The notes under the pieces: model-generated
The model's database searches: none
What the model saw: only the letters and a program-made list of their open reading frames with translations
What the model was told of the DNA's origin: nothing
In this document: positions 18,462 to 26,175 of the stretch, one piece after another
How positions within the stretch are numbered: the stretch's first letter is position 1
Layout: each line of letters opens with the position of its first letter
Source: an uncultured archaeon
GTDB taxonomy: Archaea > Asgardarchaeota > Heimdallarchaeia > Heimdallarchaeales > Kariarchaeaceae
Assembly (NCBI GenBank): GCA_964645535.1
Contig: CAZYCQ010000015.1
Coordinates: 443-53,891, forward strand
Direction: 5' to 3'
DNA length: 53,449 bases
Made by a program: the position numbers and the translations under genes

Positions 18462-19520
18462 TTAATCTTTCAGTTCTTCATTGGCATTTGGTGCAACTTC
18501 ATTTCTGAGGATTTCTTCCCCGACCTTTCTGAAACGTTCAATCTCTTCTTCATTTGCGTTTCTGACCATGGTCATCCCCAATGGAATGCCTTTCAGGAAG
18601 AGGGTGAACCTGAGCTTGTTCACGTTCTCTTCATGGTTCCTTGTGAAATAGATTAAACCAGTCAAATAAGCTGGTCCTGCTATGACGACAACCACTAAAA
18701 AGAGAATGATCAGAGAAATAATGAAGACCTCAACAGTACTTAGCTGATTGCCGTTTTCATCTATCAATGGCAGGACATCCATTAGTAAGGTTAGACCACC
18801 AATAAAGCCTGCAAATCCTAATAACCTGTTGAGGAACCCATTTCTTACGTTTGTAGCCAATTCCCTCACAGTGTTTCGTTTCGTTACCTCTCTGATGGCA
18901 CTGTCCTGAAGTGTCCAAATGACCGGGATGAGCCATCCCACCAAAACAGGGGATATCAAGGTGGAAATGCCTGCAATTCCAAAAAATATGTCTCTAGCTT
19001 CCTTCGTGGTTAATTGTGATCTCACTAGAAAATACCTGAGTGCAGAACCTATTATGACAGTTACTGCTAGACATGCAGAAAGTAAATCTATAATTCTATC
19101 CTTGATGATTTCCCTTATTTTGGTCATGTCAATGTCTGGAACCTCTTCCTCAATGAAATAATCCTTTCTTGGATCGAGATATAGCCCAAAAAACATGAGG
19201 AAATACTTGAATGTCCTGCCGAAAACCCCCGTATATCTTTTGCTTCCCTCTTCCCTTTCTTTGATGTAACCATCAAAGTTCTCATGCACAAATTTCTGTA
19301 AAAAAAAGTTGCCCAGCCGTTTCCAACTGATTCTAGCCAACCATACAACCCCTGCAAATAAAACCAAAGCACCCCCACCAGCAAATGTCACCCATGAGGA
19401 ATAACTCACAAGGATGAATAGCAGAAGTAACGCCCATCTTAATTTTGTTGGTTGTTTGACATTGAATTTCAGATGTTCCGGATTGACTACTTTAGGTTCG
19501 AGGATGAATGTTCTTACCAC
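18462..19520 (-). CDS. Hypothetical multi-pass membrane protein
   Basis: Long ORF with about 6-7 hydrophobic segments, co-oriented within a minus-strand gene run. Confidence 0.65.
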   Translation of the reverse strand: MVRTFILEPKVVNPEHLKFNVKQPTKLRWALLLLFILVSYSSWVTFAGGGALVLFAGVVWLARISWKRLGNFFLQKFVHENFDGYIKEREEGSKRYTGVFGRTFKYFLMFFGLYLDPRKDYFIEEEVPDIDMTKIREIIKDRIIDLLSACLAVTVIIGSALRYFLVRSQLTTKEARDIFFGIAGISTLISPVLVGWLIPVIWTLQDSAIREVTKRNTVRELATNVRNGFLNRLLGFAGFIGGLTLLMDVLPLIDENGNQLSTVEVFIISLIILFLVVVVIAGPAYLTGLIYFTRNHEENVNKLRFTLFLKGIPLGMTMVRNANEEEIERFRKVGEEILRNEVAPNANEELKD

Positions 19521-19572
19521 AAAATGCGATCTGAAAAGAAATATAAAAACAATACTCCTTCAAGAGAAATCT

Positions 19573-20163
19573 CTAAATCAATTGGTCTATTTTCTCCTCA
19601 AATCTTCTCAACCGGTTTTGCTCTTCCATCAACATTTCTGATGCAATCCGTAACACCTCTTCAACATAGGTCTGGGAAACAAGCATTTGCCCATCCTTTC
19701 CTAACGGAAGGGAAAGGGTGCCTGTACCAAGGATTTCCACAACTAAGGCGGGACTGATGGATTGGTATTTGGATTTACCAAGGCCGCATTGCTGGGCAAG
19801 CTTGACCAATGCAATGGCTTTTTCAAATGATCTTGCCCCTACATGGAAATTTGGGGGTTCAAGGAGCATCCAAAGTTCCTTTTGATTGAACCTGATTGGG
19901 TATCCTATTTTCTTCAAATTCATTTCGTTCGGATTGTGGGTCTTGTAGATGAAGTCCGTTCTGTATTTGGATCGGACTGCTTCCTTGCTTATGATTGTCA
20001 ATCTGCCTGCACAACTGGAGGTTGTATAATAATCTTCCAAGACATTGATTTTCTCAACAAGGTCAATGATTTCAAGGTCTACCTGTTTGTTTTCCAAAGC
20101 CCTTTTCCACTTCTGTAAGGCAGCTGCCTTTCTTGTTTTGAAAATATTGTCCACTTGGATCAC
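19573..20163 (-). CDS. taw3: tRNA(Phe) wyosine-derivative N4-methyltransferase Taw3/TYW3
   Basis: VDLEI...IN...YYTTSSCAGR family motif and PPNFHV. The GTG start abuts the korB stop. Confidence 0.9.
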   Translation of the reverse strand: MIQVDNIFKTRKAAALQKWKRALENKQVDLEIIDLVEKINVLEDYYTTSSCAGRLTIISKEAVRSKYRTDFIYKTHNPNEMNLKKIGYPIRFNQKELWMLLEPPNFHVGARSFEKAIALVKLAQQCGLGKSKYQSISPALVVEILGTGTLSLPLGKDGQMLVSQTYVEEVLRIASEMLMEEQNRLRRFEEKIDQLI

Positions 20164-21069
20164 TTAACGAAACTCATTGAAAACATCGTCTGGTGAAATA
20201 TTGTTTGCCTTTAGACCCAATGGGGACTTGACGGGATTGATTCCTGTGGACAGTGTTCTTTCAATTTCTTCCAAAGGCTTTCTTGTTTCTTGATAGAACT
20301 TGCCGATAGGGATTCTTGAGCCCCATTCCAAGCCTCTTTTGAATGCTTCAGCAATATCCTTGTGATTATATCCTTCCTCTTCATCGAGGTTATAGATTCT
20401 TTCACGGTACCAATCATACGTGTTCAGTCTGTTGAATGTAACGCATGGACTTATATCATCGATGAATGCAAATCCCTTGTGTTCGATTGCGTCAATAATG
20501 GTTTTTTCAAGATGATCTCCCTGTCCAGAAAAGGTTCTCGCAACATATGTTGCACCTGCACCCAATGCCAGCGTGATCGGATTGATTCGCCTCTCATCAA
20601 CACCGTCTGGTGTTGTCAGGGTGACCATATGCTCTTGTGAGGTTGGTGATGCCTGTCCAAGTGTCAGTCCATAAATCTGGTTGTCCATGACAATGTAGGT
20701 GAGATCAATGTTCCTTCTGGCAGCATGGACAAAATGTCCTGCACCAATGCCGAACCCATCCCCATCTCCTCCAACGACAACTACTTCTAGTTCTGGATTT
20801 GCCAGTTTAATGCCCATAGCGATCGGTAAAGCACGTCCATGAGTTCCATGAAATCCATAGGATGTCGTGAAATGCGGGAAATTGCCGGAACAGCCAATTC
20901 CGCTGACAATCACTACTTCATGGGGTGCATATCCCATTTTTGCAAGAGCTTTGGTTGTAGCAGATAAAAGTCCATAATCTCCACATCCCGGGCACCATGA
21001 GGGTCTGGGTCCTCTGAAATCTTTTGCTGAAAAGAGTGGCTTAGATTCGGGGTTGATTGCCGTAGCCAT
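20164..21069 (-). CDS. korB: 2-oxoacid:ferredoxin oxidoreductase beta subunit
   Basis: WCPGCGD, SGIGCS, HGRALP, TPP motif GGDGD...DNQIYGLT, SPCVTFN. Confidence 0.95.
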   Translation of the reverse strand: MATAINPESKPLFSAKDFRGPRPSWCPGCGDYGLLSATTKALAKMGYAPHEVVIVSGIGCSGNFPHFTTSYGFHGTHGRALPIAMGIKLANPELEVVVVGGDGDGFGIGAGHFVHAARRNIDLTYIVMDNQIYGLTLGQASPTSQEHMVTLTTPDGVDERRINPITLALGAGATYVARTFSGQGDHLEKTIIDAIEHKGFAFIDDISPCVTFNRLNTYDWYRERIYNLDEEEGYNHKDIAEAFKRGLEWGSRIPIGKFYQETRKPLEEIERTLSTGINPVKSPLGLKANNISPDDVFNEFR

Positions 21070-21206
21070 ATAGTTTCCTCTTCTAATTGATCCAATATCC
21101 CCGTCAAATATAATTAAAGTTATAGATGAGGTCGTTGATTCTTGGAAATTATTGTCTGAAAACTGTGTTTATGACAAAGCCTATATTGATATAAAGCTGC
21201 AAGGGG

Positions 21207-22130
21207 TTGATGGATATCAGATCCACTCTCTCGTCAGTGCTGGATCTTCCAGCAAAGCGCTTTATTGCTCTGGAAAAGGGACTGTCAACCCAGAAATTTC
21301 TCCTATCTAGATCTGAACCGATTAATTTGCCTAACATCGACAAAACAATTGATACTTCCATCCTTTTCAGGGTGTACACTGAAGAAACCCATGGATCAAA
21401 TTACAGGAAGATTGCCCAATGGGAGAAAAACGCCTTAGACCATTTGAAGAATCAAACGATGCTTATTTTCCCTGATTTTCTCGGTCAGATCAATGAAACC
21501 AACTTTATTGCAAATATGGTTTCATGGATTGATGGCAAGATACCGCAAGGTCTAGATACTGTTATTTCTGCTTGGTCTATCTTTTCAAAGATCTCCAAGG
21601 ATCTCCAAATCAATGATACTCTATTGCCTGACCATGACAAAGTCATTCTGGATTCATTGGAAATCCTTTCCTCATTCCTGCACAAACACGGATTGGATGC
21701 GGAACAAAAACTCATCAGGGATTTTCTTGACTCTTTCAAAAACAAAAGTGGATTTGGCCATAAGTTACTGATCCATGGTGATTTTCATTTAAACAATATT
21801 ATCCAAAGTCCCAACGGAAGCATTGGAATCATTGATTGGGAATATGCCGCAATTGGAAATCCCCTTTTTGATTTGAGCTACGCTCTTCTGTATGATTATG
21901 GATTGCAGGATAAGCCAATCAAAGAATTTTACACGGAACGCCTGTCAAAAGCCTCAAAACAAGGCATTTCATTGGATAAAAATGATCTCTTCAAAGGCAT
22001 ATCTTCCATTTCTCTTTTCCTGATGGCATTATGGTTTTTTGAGCGGTATAGACAAACTGGACGTGAGCATAACTTGGCAAAAGCCATGATATACCTTAGA
22101 GGTGGTTTAGACCTAGAATTCAGATTCTAA
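21207..22130 (+). CDS. Aminoglycoside-phosphotransferase/choline-kinase-like small-molecule kinase
   Basis: Brenner motif LIHGDFHLNNII, IIDWEYA, GNPLFDL. Confidence 0.85.
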   Translation: MMDIRSTLSSVLDLPAKRFIALEKGLSTQKFLLSRSEPINLPNIDKTIDTSILFRVYTEETHGSNYRKIAQWEKNALDHLKNQTMLIFPDFLGQINETNFIANMVSWIDGKIPQGLDTVISAWSIFSKISKDLQINDTLLPDHDKVILDSLEILSSFLHKHGLDAEQKLIRDFLDSFKNKSGFGHKLLIHGDFHLNNIIQSPNGSIGIIDWEYAAIGNPLFDLSYALLYDYGLQDKPIKEFYTERLSKASKQGISLDKNDLFKGISSISLFLMALWFFERYRQTGREHNLAKAMIYLRGGLDLEFRF

Positions 22131-22213
22131 AGTTTTCCCAATAGCTCAATTTTTTAAATCATCCAGTTCCAAAAAAATCATCGGAGGAATGCGTATTTAC
22201 CGAAAAAACAACA

Positions 22214-23302
22214 TTGGAAAATGAACTGGGAAAGAAAAGAAAGGAAATCATGGAAATTGACAGGGCTCTGGTTGAACTCATGGCAAAAAGGATGGATATT
22301 GCCAAGGCTATTGGAAAAATCAAACATTCCCTAGGATATCCCGTCCGAAATTTTCAAGTCGAAAAGCAGGTATTCTCCCGTGTAAGTCAGATTTCAAAAG
22401 AGGTCGGACTTTCAGAGGAACTTGCAAACAATGTGTTCGAATATCTCGTCGCTGAATCTGTTGCTGTCCAGAGCAACCTTCCTCACAATTATGTTCAATC
22501 TGGAAGTTCAAAAGAAGTCCTCATCATCGGTGGAATGGGAAGAATGGGAAAATGGTTAACCCGATTTTTCTCATCATCGGGGCATCATGTTCGATCGGTA
22601 GATCCACTGCATCCCCCAACTCCGACTAATTTCACTTCCCTTCCCAAGGATCTTGATGAATTCGATGTGATCGCGATTTCGACACCTTTGAACACCATTC
22701 ATGAGACAGTCCATGAAGTCCTAGAAAAACGACCTCGTGGACTTGTATTTGACATTGCTTCACTCAAAACCGAAATCATCAATCGTTTGGAGAACAATAA
22801 TGTTTTGGATGGCATGAACTTTGTTTCCGTACATCCCATGTTTGGTCCATCTACTGTCAACCTTCATGAGAAAAACCTTATTGTCTGTAGGGTTCGATCC
22901 ACGAAGGCTGTTGACCAATTCAAGAAACTTTTTGCTGAAACTTCGGTAAATCTGGTAGAGATCCCAATTGAAGAACATGACAAACTCATGGGTTATTCCT
23001 TGAATTTGGTTCATCTTATCAACATCCTTATGGCGGACATGTTGGCAGTTAACGATTTCACTTTCAGTGAACTAAAACAGTTTGCATCAACAACTTTTGT
23101 CAAACAGATCCAAACCACATATGAGGTTGCCCATGAAAATCCGGATCTCTATTGGTCCATTCAACATTTCAACTCATATCGGGAGAATCTTTTCGAAGAA
23201 CTCAGAAAGTCCATAGAGAAGATTCATGAATCGGTAAGACATGACGAACCAATAGAATTTCAACAGATAATGAGGATGGCAAGGGACTATTTCAAAACCT
23301 GA
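22214..23302 (+). CDS. tyrA: Bifunctional chorismate mutase / prephenate dehydrogenase
   Basis: N-terminal AroQ motif (RKEIMEIDRALVELMAKRMDIAKAIGKIK) fused to a PDH domain (IIGGMGRMG, DIASLK, VHPMFGP, EEHDKLMG). Confidence 0.92.
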   Translation: MENELGKKRKEIMEIDRALVELMAKRMDIAKAIGKIKHSLGYPVRNFQVEKQVFSRVSQISKEVGLSEELANNVFEYLVAESVAVQSNLPHNYVQSGSSKEVLIIGGMGRMGKWLTRFFSSSGHHVRSVDPLHPPTPTNFTSLPKDLDEFDVIAISTPLNTIHETVHEVLEKRPRGLVFDIASLKTEIINRLENNNVLDGMNFVSVHPMFGPSTVNLHEKNLIVCRVRSTKAVDQFKKLFAETSVNLVEIPIEEHDKLMGYSLNLVHLINILMADMLAVNDFTFSELKQFASTTFVKQIQTTYEVAHENPDLYWSIQHFNSYRENLFEELRKSIEKIHESVRHDEPIEFQQIMRMARDYFKT

Positions 23303-23357
23303 TCTTTTTCCAGCCTTGCCTCGAAGAAATTAAAACTCCTCTTTTCAAGGAAATTCA

Positions 23358-24584
23358 ATGACTGAACAGGTAAGGATCGATGCTGATTTTGCTTTCGATG
23401 GAACTGGCACCTTGGTCAGAAATGCCTCCGTGGTTTTTGAAGGATCCCGAATTGTCTATTTTGGAGAAAGTGAACATGCGCCCAATATTGAAACCACACA
23501 GGAAGTTCCTGCCATGATGCCTGGGATGTGGGAATGCCACACACATTACACCGGCTCTCCAACCCCTTCAATTGAAGCCATGCTTTTTGTCAATCCCATT
23601 GTGGGGGCTGCAAGATGCACTTGGGATCTGAAAGAGACTTTGGCGGCGGGAATCACTAGTGTCCGGGAAGTTGGCGGGATGGGCGTTTTCCTAAATAGGG
23701 CCGTTCAAGAAGGTGCCATTCCTGGACCGCGGATCTACGGAGCCGGTGATATATTGAGTATGACTGGTGGTCATGGCGATGTCCATTCCGCTCCATTGAA
23801 AATGCTGGAATATGCACAAGAAGGTCTAGGGATTTTGGTCGATGGAGTCCCCGAATGCCTTAAGGGAGTTCGAATGCAATTAAGGAAAGGTGCTGAAATC
23901 ATCAAAGTCTGTGCATCTGGTGGTGTGATGAGTGAGGTAGATCATCCAATTCACCAACAATTTTCTCACGAGGAACTGCAAGCCATTGTTGAAGAAGCTG
24001 AAAGGGCGGAAAGATATGTGGCCGCTCACTGCCATGGGGCTCCCGGTATCAGAGCCGCGCTTGAAGCGGGAGTGAAAACAATCGAACACGGAACTTATTT
24101 AGATGAAGATCTTGCAGAAATGATGGTTGAAAAGGACGCCATATTGGTTCCTACCCGATATGTGGTTGAGAAGCTTTATCAGGCCACTTCCTCATCAAAC
24201 GTACCTGAATATGCCCTTGCAAAACTTAGGGCAATTTATGACCAACATTTTGAAGCCATGAAGATAGCCATCAACCATGGGGTCAAAATTGCCATGGGAA
24301 CCGATATGTTTGTGACTGGACCAAACGGTATCTTCCGTCATGGAGAAAATGCTTTGGAAATCGGTTTTCTAGTGAAGGCAGGGATGAAATTGGAAGACGC
24401 CCTTGTGGCAGCTACTGGAAATGGTCCATTGACTGTTGGAAAGCTAGCCGGCAAATCCGGAATGTTGAAGGAAGGCTATGATGCCGACATCATCCTTCTT
24501 AAGGAAAACCCACTCAATAGTCCTGAAGTTGTATCAAAAAGAGAGAACATTTTGGCAGTGATCAAACAAGGAAAATTCTATTGA
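23358..24584 (+). CDS. Amidohydrolase family metal-dependent hydrolase (Xaa-Pro dipeptidase-like)
   Basis: MPGMWECHTH, GITSVRE, TGGHGD, IKVCASGGV, AAHCHG, TIEHG, MGTD, GYDADI. Confidence 0.92.
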   Translation: MTEQVRIDADFAFDGTGTLVRNASVVFEGSRIVYFGESEHAPNIETTQEVPAMMPGMWECHTHYTGSPTPSIEAMLFVNPIVGAARCTWDLKETLAAGITSVREVGGMGVFLNRAVQEGAIPGPRIYGAGDILSMTGGHGDVHSAPLKMLEYAQEGLGILVDGVPECLKGVRMQLRKGAEIIKVCASGGVMSEVDHPIHQQFSHEELQAIVEEAERAERYVAAHCHGAPGIRAALEAGVKTIEHGTYLDEDLAEMMVEKDAILVPTRYVVEKLYQATSSSNVPEYALAKLRAIYDQHFEAMKIAINHGVKIAMGTDMFVTGPNGIFRHGENALEIGFLVKAGMKLEDALVAATGNGPLTVGKLAGKSGMLKEGYDADIILLKENPLNSPEVVSKRENILAVIKQGKFY

Positions 24585-25016
24585 TTACAATTGCTGATAG
24601 TTCATCCCTTGCCTTGCTGCAATCTTATTCTTCACTCTCTCAAAGGTCAGAAGATTCTTGTCATCCTCCTGTATCTGTGTACTTATTCCCTTGAATGCGG
24701 TTGTAATGGCCTTTTTGGTTCCTGCGTAGCTCATCCTGTCTCTGACAGAGGATTCCATGGGCATCCAAAATAGGAACAGCATCCTAGTATCGTCCAAACC
24801 TACTCTGTTCTTGATTGGGAAATCATAGAGGACATATCTTGGTTCATTATCAGGGAGGCTTTCTATAAGATCATCAAAGCTGGCATCTGTTCTTTGTTCC
24901 AAAATAACCTTTCCTTCAGAAATCTTCAAGATCATTCCTTGCGGTTTTTTCTCAAATCTCATTTCTTCATATTCTTTGATGAGATCATCTGGGATTTCAA
25001 TTCCTGTAGTACTCAT
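24585..25016 (-). CDS. ADF/cofilin family actin-binding protein (single ADF-H domain)
   Basis: 143 aa, colinear with eukaryotic cofilins: MSTTGI (yeast MSRSGV), SFDDLIESLPDNEPRYVLYDF, MLFLFWMP, VRDRMSYAGTKKA (yeast VRSKMVYASSKDA), FKGISTQIQ. Confidence 0.9.
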   Translation of the reverse strand: MSTTGIEIPDDLIKEYEEMRFEKKPQGMILKISEGKVILEQRTDASFDDLIESLPDNEPRYVLYDFPIKNRVGLDDTRMLFLFWMPMESSVRDRMSYAGTKKAITTAFKGISTQIQEDDKNLLTFERVKNKIAARQGMNYQQL

Positions 25017-25044
25017 TATTCTCTTATCTGCTTAGGATTTATCC

Positions 25045-25107
25045 AATAAAAACTTTCTAGGGAGTAGAAAAGTTTTTTGGAGTTTGACTCATCCCTAACC
25101 TTAAAAA
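25045..25107. promoter_or_regulatory. Back-to-back archaeal promoters for cofilin (-) and RNase P RNA (+)
   Basis: Minus strand AGAAAG-TTTTTATT (BRE/TATA-like, 25058-25045) lies about 30 nt before the cofilin ATG. Plus strand TTAAAAA (25101-25107) lies about 25 nt before the RNA 5' end. Confidence 0.5.
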
Positions 25108-25129
25108 AATTCAAAACAAAACAACTATT

Positions 25130-25414
25130 GCAAGGAGTGAAGGTGATGGCTGGCGGACCTTTGGTCTGAGGAAAGTCCAGGCACCTCAAGGCAGGCGGTA
25201 CAGGGGTAACCCTGTCGGGTGAGAGCCCGGCTCTGATAACAGAAACGAACTTTTCCCTTTGGGAAATGCTGAGACGAATCATCACCGCCGGTGAAATTGC
25301 AAGCAGATCCTGATGAGTTGCCTTGTGAGGGATCGGGTAGCAAGAGAAGATGGATGCCATCAAACTCTGGCCAAATGGCGAGTTCACAAAACCTGGATTA
25401 CCTTCTCACCTTGC
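25130..25414 (+). ncRNA. rnpB: RNase P RNA, archaeal type A-like, compact (about 285 nt)
   Basis: CR-I GAGGAAAGTCCAGG (25168-25181) pairs with CR-V ACAAAACCTGGATTA (25386-25400) to form P4. Also P1 GCAAGG..GAAGGTGA / TTACCTTC..CCTTGC, P2 GATGGC/GCCATC, P7 GGCGGT/ACCGCC, GNRA-capped P8 and P9, CR-II ACAGAAACG, CR-III TGAGACG, and no P18. Locally GC-rich. Confidence 0.93.
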
Positions 25415-26086
25415 CTCTTCAAAACTCTTATAATGTTTCCGTGGTTTGAATGCCCCAGTTGTTGAAATCGGGAAACGGATAAATGCCTCTGCATCCTCAA
25501 CCTCGGCTTGTATGCCTCTCAGCTTGGTTCTTGTCCCATGGAATTTTGAATAAAATCCTTTCCCTCCTTTGTGTGATTGGGATTCATACCGTTTGATAGC
25601 TTGCAGACGTTTCTCATTGGTTTCAGAGATGTCAATGTACAATTCGGGAAAGGGTATTAGAACTGTGGTTTCCGCTCCGAAAACTGCATGGACTTGAAAG
25701 GCAGATTCTTCTGAAGTCGTGTGACTTGCCCATTCGACTGCCTCCAAGACCGCTTCATGGATTAACCGATGTTCTCTATGGTAATCGAAAGGAACGTGAG
25801 TGATGATAAAAGTTGGTTTATGAAGACGAATAGTCCTTACAATCTTCAAAATCACATCTTCGCGGTTATGTGGTCCCACCGAGGCAAATCCAAGACTGAT
25901 GGGTTCCACGCCCAAAATCTCGCAGGCATCTTTGAATTCCTGTTTTCTTTTGGAATCCTCCGTAACGGTGACTGCCCAAGCCTTTGATTTGCTACCATAT
26001 TTTGCAAGAGTCCCACCTGCGGAAAAGGTTTCATCATCTTGATGTGCAAAGACCGTCATAAGTGAAGGGAATTCCATAATGGTCAA
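25406..26086 (-). CDS. PIG-L/LmbE family de-N-acetylase, BshB-like
   Basis: AHQDDE metal motif, R..E...ACEILGV, HREH (HxDH variant), YESQ, RG....AEAF. The BshB role is inferred from nearby bshA/bshC. Confidence 0.8.
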   Translation of the reverse strand: MTIMEFPSLMTVFAHQDDETFSAGGTLAKYGSKSKAWAVTVTEDSKRKQEFKDACEILGVEPISLGFASVGPHNREDVILKIVRTIRLHKPTFIITHVPFDYHREHRLIHEAVLEAVEWASHTTSEESAFQVHAVFGAETTVLIPFPELYIDISETNEKRLQAIKRYESQSHKGGKGFYSKFHGTRTKLRGIQAEVEDAEAFIRFPISTTGAFKPRKHYKSFEEAR

Positions 26087-26175
26087 TAATCATTTTCTGT
26101 TTAAGTCCTTCTTTTCTCTTCCTAATTCCTGTTTCAATCCCACAAGAATTTAATTCTCTATTTCATAAATAGTTC

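Noticed and set aside
21207-22130. APH-like kinase as the cofilin kinase or as an antibiotic-resistance gene
   Set aside because: The family mostly phosphorylates small molecules. Nothing in the sequence specifies the substrate, and proximity is weak evidence.
24585-25016. Cofilin as eukaryotic contamination or chimeric assembly
   Set aside because: It is intronless, has composition like its neighbours, abuts a prokaryotic gene exactly and has an archaeal-type promoter. Disfavoured, but only read-mapping can exclude it.
25016-25387. 123-aa and 72-aa minus-strand ORFs upstream of cofilin
   Set aside because: They are antisense shadows of the GC-rich RNase P RNA gene and have no protein-like features.
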